Below, piece by piece: positions 41,451 through 55,764 of a stretch of DNA of 64,000 nucleotides. Below the pieces are notes generated by a model. The model worked only from the letters and a program-made list of their open reading frames with translations. It did no database searches and was not told where the DNA came from. The stretch is taken from contig CM022673.1 in assembly GCA_012295275.1 (NCBI GenBank), positions 6,882,001-6,946,000 of the forward strand, given 5' to 3'. Origin of the DNA: Chrysomallon squamiferum. Lineage: Eukaryota > Animalia > Mollusca. A program made the position numbers and the translations under genes. The first letter of the stretch is position 1. Every line of letters starts with the position of its first letter.

Positions 41451-42780
41451 GTACGTTACATTTCCTATATAGAAAAGTTTGTAGTTTATTAAAAAAAAGG
41501 CTTTTCACTGTAAATTTCGGATTAGTAAAACTATTAGAATTAGGTTGGTTTTTACAGGCAGTTTTGGTTTTTTATTCTATGCAGAAGGGATTGCGTTGTT
41601 TTTATAGGAAACAAATACCAAATTAAATTAAAGTAGCATGAACGTTTAACCCCCGAAAACCCCCGAAAAACAAAACAAAATAAAAAGAAAGATAAACAAA
41701 ACAGATACAAATTACAAAATGTTCCCCCAGTAAAAACTAACAAATCAACAACATAAAAAAGCTATCTTACATTAAAATACTTACAACTGTTGACTTCAGT
41801 TTGGTCACATCTGTATTTTTATTTAAAACAAGCTACCGACATAAGTCACTTTAACAGAAACACCTGAAAAGTTAGATTTTTTAATGTTTTTGTTTCATTT
41901 AGTTTACTTTTAATTGGTCACCCATTTTGGTTTTGTTTTATTAAATATTTATTTATGTTTAAAGTATTTCAATATGTTATAATATTTATTTCTTTTTTTT
42001 TTTTGTTAGCAATATAAAATAAAAAACAAAAAACAAATGAAAAAATCTTATAAATAAACAGAAATTTCAATTATCCACATATGAAAGAAAGTATTCCTTT
42101 GCATGCTACAATATTGTTACTACTTTTCTCAATAATATCGTGAATTTTAACCAATTTAAGAATACTAATAAACATGCAGTAAATGAATGAATGAAAAATG
42201 AATACAAAAATTGTCTTTTTATTAATAATGATTTTAGAAAACTAAAATAAAAATAAATAAAACGAAAGTATTGATTCACTTATAATGAACACGGGAAAAA
42301 TTATATTATTTTATAGATTAAAAATACTTCTTCCAATACGTCATTTAGCTTATAAATATACCTCTGTTTCTTTCCTTGTGTGTTTATTTTTCTCCTTCGT
42401 TCAATCCATTCACAAAAATGTTCATTACAATATTAAGTTAGCAAAATAAGAGATGAATGGTTGAAAATATCTGTCATATGAATCTTTCATAAAATAATGA
42501 TTAACACTAATGCGTGAAAAAAAAAAAAAAAAACACACACACAAAAAAAAAAACCCCACACACCCCAAATAAAAAATAAACAAAAAAAAAAAAAATTCGA
42601 AACAAACAGAAACAAAAAAAAAACAACAACAAAAAACAACCCTTACGCAATAATTATGATAAAGGAAAAATAAATTATAAGTCTGAATGTAATTGGAACG
42701 GAACGCTTAGTATGGTCATGTGATGTACCCTTTTTAAATCGTGTATCCGTATTTGTAAAGCAGTCGACAAGACAACAATA

Positions 42781-45473
42781 ATGATGTGGCTACCCGCTTG
42801 CAAGCAACATTGTATTTTGACATTCATAACTGTGTGTTACTTAAGACTGTGTACTTCAGGTGAGAAAAAAAACAATTACTTCAGTACTGAATGTACTTTG
42901 TATATTCTCTTTGTCTGTTTTTCTGTCACATATTCTCCGTGTTTGACTCCGTATGTCTGCTTGTCTTTCTGTTTTTCATTAAGTTGTTTAAAAATATTTG
43001 TAAATAATCTTTAAAGTATTATTTCTTGAATATAACTTTAAATGGTTAATTTAAAAAAAGAGCAGGTTTCTCATTTTAATTTGTTAGGTGTTATAAAAAA
43101 AGGAATAATTTTAGTAGTAAAATTTCACTCGATTCTTAAATAAATAAATAAATAGTTAAAAAAAAAGAAAAAAGAAAAAAGAAGTAAAAACAGAATAAAA
43201 ATATAAAACACCAATAAATTTTTTTTATTTTATTTTGACAGTTTAGAACGTAAATCTGATGTTGTATTTATTTAAATTTGTGGAATACTGTCCTTTATTT
43301 TGTGTGTAACTTATTTACTGAATCAATGGTGTGTAGTTTATAATATCTCTTTTCTGATACATACGTTCTTATGACCTTAACTTCAAGTTAATATTTGTTG
43401 TGTTTTATCGAAATAGCATTTTGAATATATAAATATAATAAGTGTGTGTGTGTGTGTAAAAGATAAAAATAGTAAATACACTGAACTACACCAAGATAAA
43501 AAATAACTCTAGACATTCTTGGCAGTTTGTTTTATTACTATTATTATTATTTTTGATGCTATATTATTAGTATGTATAACTGTGATGAATAAAATAAATC
43601 GAAAGTGTTGAAGCATATATAACATATCTAGTCACCTAATTCATACGACCAATGGTTTTCTTTAAAATAATTCATCGACACTATCGTTGTTTTCTCTGTG
43701 AGTTTAATAACGAAATGAACTTCAGTCAGCTAGTAATAACCGTGATTTAAAATTTCATTTCAGGTGACATCGCATACGTTCACATCTCCAGACAGAGCAT
43801 CACAGAAAGCAGAGGATGTCGTCTTCCACAACAAGTCCGTGTGTCTGTGCGGGTGGACAACGAAAACATAACTCTAGAACTGACACGTAATGTTGATGTT
43901 GATTCAAATGCACCTCTCTATCTGATAAAGGACGCTGGGATAGAGGAGAAAACTACCGTGGTTAAAGAAATGATGGTCGATAATCAGGTGAGAAAGAAGT
44001 TTTTCGTACTGTTACAGTATTCATGTTACAAAGCTTCCACAAATATTTATTTATGAAGTCGTTTAACATAAGTCGTTTTTAATGCAAGATAAAAATGTAT
44101 GATTCTTTTATGAAGTACGGTGCATTCACAGCATGAGGCCATATTAAAAACGTGTTTGTTTAATGCTGACAAATATTTTGAATGTGGTTACTAGAAATCA
44201 CTGTTAATGACAAACTATAGGTAAGGTGTTTCATGTCTTATACTATCATTAATTAGGATTCACTTAACAAAGTATGAGAACTTAACACAGAGAGGTAGTC
44301 TCAGTATTATTGGAAAACAATTTTTCATATACAGAGATGTCTCGTAATAATAATAATGATGATGATGATGATGATGATGATGATAAAACAAAGAAGTAAT
44401 ACTTTATATAAATTAAAAAATTAGTATATAATTATATACATACACACAATTAAAATAAATTATTTATTACTAAATAAGTATAAAATTACACACATACAGA
44501 CACACAGACACTCAGTCTGAACTTAAAACATTATTTAAACATTTTAAATGTCATTTTATTGAAACCATGTGAAACTAAAAACATTTCAAAATTATTATTT
44601 TATTCAAAACTAGAATAATTTATTTATTATTATTTTATTTAAACCATATGAAAATTAAAATATAACAAATAATTATTATTTCATTCAATATTTCAGCGGA
44701 AAGTTGAATATCAGGATGTGACTAAAGATGCGGCTATGACAATATCGTGTTTTGGTGAAGACACAAATCTTCATCTTCAGCTGGTAAGTTTATGTCAGTT
44801 ACTGCTACCTTTCCAATATCATGTTGTTCGTTATATGAATGGCTATAATTTTAAGAAAATATAATTTTTATTTAAATGTCTGAAATAAAAAAAATAACCT
44901 TTATTTTGTAAACATGATGAATGTGAAAAAAAAAGATTCAAATAAATATATTTAAATAAAAAATGAAAATTCTGTGTAAAATACCAAATATAATCTTTAA
45001 TTGTCGAGAATCAATAAAATATTTTCTTAGTTAATAAAAGTGTTATATCTATAATTTTGTCAGGAAAGATTTATTATTAAGCTCTGTATTTACGATTTTT
45101 TTAAATTCAGCACATACTTTTTCAAACATTAAAAGTATTCTGTCTTGCTGTGCTATTCATACACAGGGCAGAGTGTTCACAGTACGAGCTCTCCCGGACA
45201 GTATAACAAAAAAGAAAAAAAGAAAGGAGTTAGAAAAGAAAAGGTTCTCATGACAAATAACCCCTTGTATTTCTTGCCTATTGTAATGAAATAGATGGGT
45301 GTGTCAAGAATTGCTTGACTGACTTTATAATAGAATTGTGTTTAATGGTCTGTAACAAGCACAGTAGACGTATTCGTACTCACGCAAGACCTATTACTTG
45401 TACAAAACCAGGAAGTAGGTCTTCACTGCGGGGTCACCATGATATTTTTTTGCTTTATCACATCTTTGAAAAT

Positions 45474-45519
<46 letters not shown>

Positions 45520-48500
45520 CGCTGCAAAATAGCGGAAAAAAAAAAAAAAAAAAAAAAAAAAAGAAAAAAGAAAAAAGAGAAAAAACAACGCAAAAATAAA
45601 CAATAACATAAAATAGAATAAAAAAGAAGATGAAAAAAGACAACCCAGTAATAACAACTCCGCATGGTCAGTATTAAAGATAATCAGAAAGCTTTCTTTT
45701 ATATGCTGGTTCAATAAAGAACAACACCACGGTCTTTATGTAATATTAAGTCCTGGCAGGAATGGAATATATTACAACGGGCCCGTTATTTGATCAAACT
45801 GAAATAATACGACTTTTATTTAATTTATTACCATTCAAATTTTAACAACAACATATGACTTGCTTAAATATGAAGATCAGCAGATTACTAATTTATTATT
45901 TATTGATTGGGATGTTCTTCTTTTCAACTATTTAACACTAACTTTTATATGACATAGTAACAATTCCTTTGTCTGTTCTCTCATTCAGAGAGGGATCTTG
46001 GCAGTACATGGTAAAGAATACCAACTGGAGCCGAAATCACGTGACCGTCGAGAGACACCACGTAACGAAGAAGAATATATTCTAGAAAAACAGCCTGTAA
46101 CTTTTGTTGATGATGATTATATAGAAATCCGTAAGTTGTATTTTAATTTTTCACACACAGACACACACACACAGACACACACACAGAGACAGACACACAC
46201 ACACACACACACACACACACAAGAAATGTGTGTTTTCCTGTTGTCTTTATAGTCGAACGGTGACGTCCCCACCTTCGGAGTGCGGGCAAATGGGTGCCAT
46301 ACGTTCGAGACTCGTCAGCGGAATCTAATGGGGTTTGTGACGTCGTGATTGGACTTTTTCACTGCGTTCCCGAATATTGTCTATATGCAGAATGCAATCA
46401 GGCATACATAAAACAGAGAATATTCAAAATCCTAAAATACATTCATACGAATTGTCTATGTTTCTCACAAAAATAAAAATTGGACCGAGAAATTATGAAA
46501 GACAACGAATTGCATGTCTCTTAGGAATTACCCTTGTTATTAACAGATCTGTCTTAGGTTCTGTTGGTGGTCAAACGCAGCATCTGATTGGGTGTTGTTC
46601 TTCTGTGCTAATCAGAGATACATAACACAACATAATACTCATTACTAAATACGTACATTATATACTCATACACGTGAGTACATACGTACATAAATATATA
46701 TACATACCTGCATCCATACATTAATAAACACATAAAATATTTCATACAAAGGAAAACATTTCTCTCAAACACCCCAACAAAAACAACAACAACAATAACA
46801 ACAATCACAATAACAATAATAAAAATAACATTTAAGAAAATATTTAAAAATTAATAAGCCCCATCAACTCTCTCGTTTCCAACAGCTTGTATGATAATAC
46901 ACTCTATTTTATGAATCCAAAACTGCAAATGATTACTAAACAGAGTAAGAGAAATTTTCAGAGTTTTTTGTTGTTAATTTTTGTGTTGATTATGTTTATA
47001 AAAATATTTTCTAGAGTGTTGTTTTAATCGGCGAACGTTTACTTTTCACCATTTTTAGGAAATGTTTTAAAAAAGGCATATAGAGAACTCTTTAATAGCA
47101 TTTACTAACATATATATAGCATACATATTCTGCATGTTTTACTGTACAGATATAAATCAACAACAAAGATTACAAATCACAAATGAACAGTTGTTCGTAC
47201 GTTTTGTCGAAGACATAGTGAGTCAAACTAAACGTCATTGATAGTAATCCATGATGTTACAGTCCCTTTTTCCACTGATATCTTCTTTCCATAGTTGATA
47301 TATTTTGGTGAAATCTTTCACCGTATTCTTCAGTGATGTCACACTTATTTTCACTGAAGAAATTTAGATGAGAATGAAGGAAATGAAATTTCAAAGATAT
47401 CCACCATCTAAGATTTAGAAGTCTTTATCAGCTTTTGTATTAACTGTTCATAACTTCCAGTTTTGTTATTCACAAGGAAAGTTTCAACCACTTCTCTAAA
47501 TGAAACTCGATTGAAGTTATTTTGTCCTTCAGATTCTTGTGAACCGAGGGATCTTGCAAATATCTCGAACGATGAAGTTATTTTCTTCGATTTATGCGTT
47601 CGCCTTTTTTGTTCAGTACTTTCAATAACTGTTTGGCAAGCCGGTATTTTATATGTAGTGCATGCATGAGGACTTTCTCTGATTTTACACAGGGCTGGAT
47701 TTTCACATTCTGTCTTCCTGGAATAAAATGATCTGTTTGAGGCGAACGTGTTTTGTGGTAACGTACCACAGGCAAAGAAAACAAGAATGTTTTGCATAAT
47801 CCCTCGGACTCCTTTTTGGAAGCCAGTCATTCTTTGTCGCCAGAAAAAAATAACATATGTTCCAGTTGTAGTCCATAATTTCCAATGGAAATTTGTTTTT
47901 GAGAATCTTTCATCGCTTTCCGAAGCAGCTGTAGTTCGACAACTGTTGTCCATAATGTTCCACCCCATAAGTCTTTATGTTGAAAGCTTTGCATTACACT
48001 TCGGCAGCCCGAGTTCTCAAATTAAACAATCTAGTGGCAACTGGCTTGGAAAGTGCACTCACTTTTCGTCTCTATCAATATGAGAAATGTAAGGATCATC
48101 AGATTCAGATTCAAACGTTTCAGCTTCATTCTCCAAATCTTTAGGAGACAATAATAGGACAGACAGTTCTTCAGAGTGTGGAACACGAGCAATAGATGAT
48201 GGAATATCTGGATATGTGATATCATTTCGTTTTTTTTCCGTTTTGTTGACTCTTGAAACATCCACAGTATAAAACTAGCATTCACATGGGCCTGTGGTTC
48301 TCTCTATGTTCGGGAACATCGTTCGTATACTACTTTTTACGCTCACGTGACTCGCTAGCTCTACAAGCTTCCTTCATATAAAAGCCTCGACGAAACAAAA
48401 GATATATACGTTAGATTCATTTATGTGTCTAACAGGAAAGATTTTGCTACGCCAAACATTGATGAAAACCTTTGTACCGTCACTTGACTATTTCCGAGGA

Positions 48501-49958
48501 ATAGATCCGTTTCAAAAAGGATAACACTGGAAAGCAAAATATTTTTATCTTTTGAGCTTAAAGCAACTACCTGAGAGAATGTAGAAAAAAAAAAAAAAAA
48601 CGTAATGGCCAGAATGTAATCACGTCCTGTAGAAACACAGTAGAAAGAACTAGAACAACAGCCATTGAATGATCTAGAAAGTACCATTCTATAGACCATC
48701 AGCTTCTAAATGCATACTCGGTACTTGGAATTTCATGAATGTGGAATATTTTTTAAAACCTGACGTATAGTATAAATTTGTCATGTGGATGCTAAATCTA
48801 ATAGGACTGAAAATGCAGTAATATCAACATAATATATTTTTTGTTACATGGTGCAATACTACAAATTTTAGAAAATTATATATATATATATTTTAGCTTC
48901 ATTGGAAGATAAAGAGGCAAAATCAACAGTCTCTGGACGAAATAAAAGAGAAACAACAGAATACTACATAGACATACTGACCGTCATAGACTACGCCATT
49001 TATCAAAGGTAGATTATGAATAGTTCTGTTAAAAAGATGTGTTGTTATTGTAATTGTCATTGATATAATATTAGCTTTAAACAACCAAAGATAATACGTC
49101 AGTGATTATGAATGAATGGTTGATTGATTGATTGACTGAGTAAGTGATTGAGTCGTGTAAGTCATTAAGTCAGTTCCATTCTGTGTGACGGATGAGTCAC
49201 TGAGTCATTCAGTCAGTTCAGTTCAGTTCTGTTCAGTTTTGTGAGTGAGTCCGTGAGTCTCCAGCGAGGCAATAAGGCTGTGAATAATTCAGTGAGTCAG
49301 ACATTCACTGAGTTATAGTCTAGTCAGTCACTGAGCTGGACGTATAGTGAGTGAGTGAATCGATTTAGTCAATCAGTGTGTGGAGTCAGTGAGAAATCAA
49401 ATGAGTGAGTCAGCTAATTCAGTCAGTTAGGCAGTGAAAGTATAGTGAGTCAGTTTAGACAGTGAACTTTTCGAAAAAGAATATTTTATGTGGGCAGCTA
49501 TTCCATCTGAGTGGACAATAGACTACGATTAATATTTGATTTGATTTAATTTTTTTTTTTCTTAACAGAGAATACAACCGCACAGATTCAACGTTAAGTT
49601 CTAAGGAAAGGAAAAGTAAAACGTTGCAGAATATTAGAGAATATTTCGCCTACGTTATGAATGGGGTAATGATAATCAAAAAATCCCTTTCCATTCTTTA
49701 GTTTAATTATTTGAACTCTAAAAGATAATGAACTATGAGAATACTAAAGGTATTCTGTCTATATTTAGTGTCTGTATCTGTATTTAATTATATGTCTGTA
49801 TATATTTAATTAAATAATTATTGTTTCATTTGCAGGTAAATCTTCGCTACAAGAGAATAACTGGACTCGGTTTTAGTTTGGTTATTAGACTGACAGGTTA
49901 CGTTGTAGCTGACGTAAGTGTATTATCGTTATTGTTATTGTTATTATTATTATTGTTA

Positions 49959-50010
<52 letters not shown>

Positions 50011-53000
50011 TCGGTGGATATAAAATATATGACAAAAATTGTAAATGCTATTTATTTCAGCTTAAATATAGAGATATATTTTTAATATGTAGTTTTTGTA
50101 TTGAGAATGATATAAATTAGAACTCATTGTGTTTTTATTTTAAATTTATCTTCTGATCACAGTTTTTTCTGTATCTCTGATTTTCTTTGTCACGGCACAT
50201 CTACCCTCACCTCATTCTTTCTATTTTCTTCTTCACTTTGCAAATTCATTTATTATTATTCTCGGTTTTTGTTCTTGGATCATTTGTAAATGATTTAAAA
50301 TGATTTTTGCAGACACGAGATAAATCTACGTGGACTGAAAATAACGTTACAATGACGTCAGAGGGAGGAGAAATCGACTCTTCAGTGGCTTTGCGTAATT
50401 TAAGATCGTGGGTTGCCTCGACATCAGTGCCTGAGAATGATCACGTGATGTTATTTAGCGGGTGAGTTTCAGTAATGATCAGTAATTTTATTTTATTTTA
50501 CCACACCTTTATTTATTTATTTATTTCATAACTGTGATCTAAACCTGTGAATTTAGATGAAGAAAAAGAAAAGAAAAATGCATAAAAAAAATAAAGTTTA
50601 TATGAGCGATAACTGTTGAATTATATATATATATATATAAAAAAACGTATTGTTTAAGGAAAATAATGTTCTGTAATATACTGAAAATGTAATGTTTTTC
50701 CTTCATTATTATATAAATGTGAATAAAAAAGAAGCAAGAAGAAGAAGAAAGAAAATATTTAAAAAAGAAATAAACCTAAACGATATTACTTTTAAAAGTT
50801 TACCCATGTTAAAGACCTATACACATGCTGATGTTTTTTGTTTAATGCACACTACAGAGAATGGGATGATCGCAAGATCAATCCTATTCAGTGTCCACAT
50901 TTTGTTATTTCTTTTTTCAGCCAATGTTTTGCTTCAGTCTGAAAATTCTTCCTGGCACTTTCTTATTTTCTTTTAATTCTAGGTATGACTTCTTTAGGAT
51001 TAAACAGAATGTTAAGAAAAATTCGTATGTTGGTAAGTGTGTGTGTGTATATATATATAATTACATTTTAACAATTTAATCAAATTCATAATTCATTTTT
51101 CTGGATTGTTATAAATCAATTTATTTCTCTGTCTATTTCTTACTTTCTTTTGCAAATCTCTATTTGAGTCTGTCTATCCCTCTTTCTGTCTCTCAGTATG
51201 TGTATTTATGTTTATCTTAAAATTATATCCAGGTAAAGTTGAAGTCATAAAACAAACAAAAAAGAAACACCCACTGCCGTGAAAACAAAAACAATAAAAC
51301 AACAACAACAACCACCACAACAAACAAACAACAAATATAAATAAAAATAATAACTATAATAAAAAATTATTTTTCACTTTAGGATTAGCTTATTTGTCTC
51401 AGATGTGTCGATCAGAAGGTCTGAGTACGTCTGTAGTTGAAGATCATGGTGGTTTTCAACACACAGACACAGCAACTCATGAACTTGGACACAGGTAGGT
51501 GGTATTCTTTTTAATTTATTTTATTATAATCTTTTTTTCTTCAAAAATTATAGATCGCAGAAACATTTATGATAGTATCTGGATTGGTGGTCTTGGTTTC
51601 ACTGCTTTACGGTTAACTTATTCTGCATGTAACATACAAACTCCACAATACTCAAATAACACATTACTTGAACTAACACAGTACTTGAAATAACACATTA
51701 CTTGAACTAACACAGTACTTGAACTAACACATACTGGAGCTAACACATTAATTGAACTAACACATTTCTTGAACTAAAACATTTCTTGAACTAAAACATT
51801 TCTTGAACTAACACAATACTTGAACTAACACTTTACTTGAACTAACACATACTTGAACTAACACATTACTTGAATTATCACATTACTGATACCGAGATCA
51901 CCGGCAAAAACAGTAGATACAGAAGAAGAGAAGAAAGCGACAAAAAAGAGGCGATTCAAAAATGATACCACGACATTTTTGAAAGTAAATGCAAAATTTA
52001 GCACTTCGCCTGCTTTATAGCTATGATATATATCTTCTACAGTAAAACTGAATTGCACTTTTAAAAAATATTTGTGTTAAAGATCCGTACCAAAAAAAAA
52101 AAAATGTAGAAGCGTTTCGGAAACAGATTACAAAGAATGAACATTGATCATCTTGAATAGTTTGATTTTTCGAATAGGGTAATGTCAATATTAAATGATT
52201 AACTTCGGCCATTGATAAACCTTTCAAAAGTATAATTCTATCAAACCATTTTGTGTTAGTTGTTTTCTAGACCAATGCAATAGTAAGTTTTAAATTTTTC
52301 TTACCTTCTTACTGTAATTAACGATTACCATTTCTTTAAGATCAGTAGACATTTCAGTGTCCAGTAAATTGAAGGTGTCTTGGTTCCAGTTCAAATTAAC
52401 ATCTGGACAAAGCACCTCTTTACTATCTTAATTACACAGGTATGCTATTTACCTGTATAATATCGCTGTTTTATTAATATTTTCCTTGGGCATAAGTATG
52501 TTGTTTACCTGGATAATATATGTTTTAATAATATTAATTTGGATATAAGCATGTTTCTTTGCGCGTATAATATCTATGGGTTCTTTTCGTTATTATTATT
52601 ATTTTTTAAAATTAATATTAACTTAGATATAATTGTTGTGTTTACCTCTGCAGTGTACACGCATTTTTAATAGTAAGTTAGGCATAGATGTGTATTTTAT
52701 CTGAATTGAATCGCTGTTTTAATAATATTAACATGGACATATTTATGTTGTTTATCTTTATAATGACCGTCAGGCGTTTGGCCTAATGACTAAAATTTTC
52801 AGGAATTAGGAAAAATGACTGAATGAAAAAAATATGCCGATGCATACTTTACATGTTTTGTATAGACATCTAATATTCATGTTCTGTGTTAATATTAACT
52901 TGTGTATTTGTTTATTACGTAGTCATACACTTAGCTATGTATATTTATATTTGTACTTTTACAGTTTTTTCAGTGAAAATTAATTCTCGGCTGCAAATAT

Positions 53001-53019
53001 TATGTTCTGCTTTCTTTTC

Positions 53020-53093
<74 letters not shown>

Positions 53094-55049
53094 GTCACAC
53101 ATGCACAAACATACAAACGTAAATACACAAAAGAGCACACACAAAAACAATAATACACTTTCCCATTTGGACACTGTAATATCTCGACAACACAATTAAT
53201 ATATTATAGTTAATTTTACATTCCTATTAAACTGATTAGCATTATTTAAATTATTTATTTATTTAGTTTGGGAGCTAAACACGACGGCGATGGCAACAAC
53301 TGCAGTGAAGATGATCAGTACATCATGGCAGCGACGACTCGCGGTAGAACAGATCCAAACAACACAAATTACTGGACTTTTTCTAACTGTTCTGTCACTT
53401 ACTTTAACAACTACATGACGTCTCTTATGAATACAGTGTATGTACATTTTATATCTGTCATTTTATTTATTTCATATTTTGTCCTGAAGATAAAGGTTTT
53501 ACATGCATTTTCGTATATTTGGATATTTAATTTTATTGTTGTTAATTATTTTATTTACATAAAACAATAGACTTATGGGATTGATGAACCTAGAGTTTTT
53601 CCCTTCCTTAATTTCTGTTTGTATCTAGACATTTTATATCCTTCCTTTGTGGAGAAAACAAATATTGTGAATATATTTTCATTTATTTCGAGATATTATT
53701 TTATTTGTGTTCTAAGTATATTTTCGTGTCATTTGAATTTTTCATTTTAATTCTATTCTGAACATGCTTTTGCATAATTCGAAGATTTTGTTTCACGTTT
53801 AATCGTCTTCTCAGTATATGTGTATTTATTTCGAAATTATTTTATTCATGTTTATTATTTTGTTTACATAAATATTTTCTACCAATGAAATGTGATAGAA
53901 AACAACAGGTTTATAGGATCGATTAACATTAGAGAAAAGAAGACAATTTATCGTGTCCTCAGACTTTAACGGTTATTTGTTTTCACGTTTGCATTGCAAC
54001 AGTTTTCAAATTAAAATCAAAGCATGAAATATAAGAACATTTTAAAGAATTCTAACTTTACTGCCATATTTTAGGGTGAACAAATACATATTATTAAAAA
54101 AAGAAAAAACAAGCACATACTTATACATCCATACACATATAATTATTTATACACAAACATACGTACATTTATATTGACATACCTATCTGTACACATACAT
54201 TTATTCGTACATACATTCAAACGTACGTACATACAGACATACATATTTATATTCATATCTATACACATAAACGACATATGTTATTTCATCTACTTATATC
54301 TTATTAAGATATTATTAAAACAGCAACAACCCATTATGTTACTAAATTAATTATTATAATCCAGGAATGGAAGAACATGTCTGACTGTGAGAAAGTAACA
54401 AAAGACAAAGTCCCGTCAGTCGATGATTTTCCAGGACAGAAGTACAGTCCTGATGTTCAGTGTCAGAGGTTACATGGACCAAAATCAAAAGTTTGTCGGG
54501 TACGATCGAAACATTTTCCCATTTTTCCTGATTTTTTAAATTTTGTTTATTTTTTAATTGTATTTTTTACGGCATTTGCAAAATAAACAACAAATATTAA
54601 ACTTCTTCTCTCTTTTCTCATTTTCACATTTCTTTTTTTATGTTTCTGGTTCCGATAATGATTATTAATTCATACGTAGAATTCAGAATGTCGTTCTTTA
54701 TACCAACATATGTTTTGGAATATTTGTGTATCTCTGTTCTACAAATACCAGTCAGAATTTGTTCGTTAACAATTGTTCTCTGTATCATTTCAGGGTGTCA
54801 CATTTGAACCAGATTACAGCAGAGTGTGTTTTATCATGTATTGTAAGAAACCAGGCACCAGTACATGTTACGGTTATGATGCCGCAAGAGGAACAACGTG
54901 TGGAAATAAAAAGGTAAAAATAGATCACAAAATATTTTACCTGAATTACTAGATAAAAGACGACAACAGATAACACCAAAACTAAATGAAACAAAACACA
55001 AATGAAAAAAAGAAACAATAAAAAATAAAAAATATATGTATATGCTTTT

Positions 55050-55144
<95 letters not shown>

Positions 55145-55733
55145 TATACATATTAATACAAATAACTAAAAAAATCCTTTCTCTTCCTCTTCTCTCCCTA
55201 TTTTCTCTTTCTTTTTTTCTATTCATGTGATATGTTTTTTCAGTGGTGTGTAAATGGCCTGTGTGTATCATCCCCGGATGCTCCTAGTGTTGATGGTAAG
55301 TAAATGTTTAACATCCAAGAATACTAGAACAGTAATAACATAAACAAATGAAACGAAGTTATCAGAAGAACAAAACAACATAACCTAAAGATCTACAAAA
55401 CGTTTGCAAATGTCCTCATAATATTCATAAACTTGTTGACTATAATCTTTCCCACATATTTTAATCTACATAAATGATATAAATATGTTTTCAGAAACGT
55501 GTCCTTTCGGAGATGAGCCAGGTGTTGTTACTGATGGAAAAACGTGTGAAGACTATATCTCTGGATCTGGATCATGGCGCTGCTATTACGATTTCTACAG
55601 AAAGCGTTGTTGTCAATCGTGTGGTCTTCACTATACAGGAATACCAGGTAGTGTGAATGCATTACAAAAGTCATCAAGTTTTAAAATTCAGTAATTTCGC
55701 TAATATGTAGCGATTACGTTAAGTCGCTACTAA

Positions 55734-55764
<31 letters not shown>

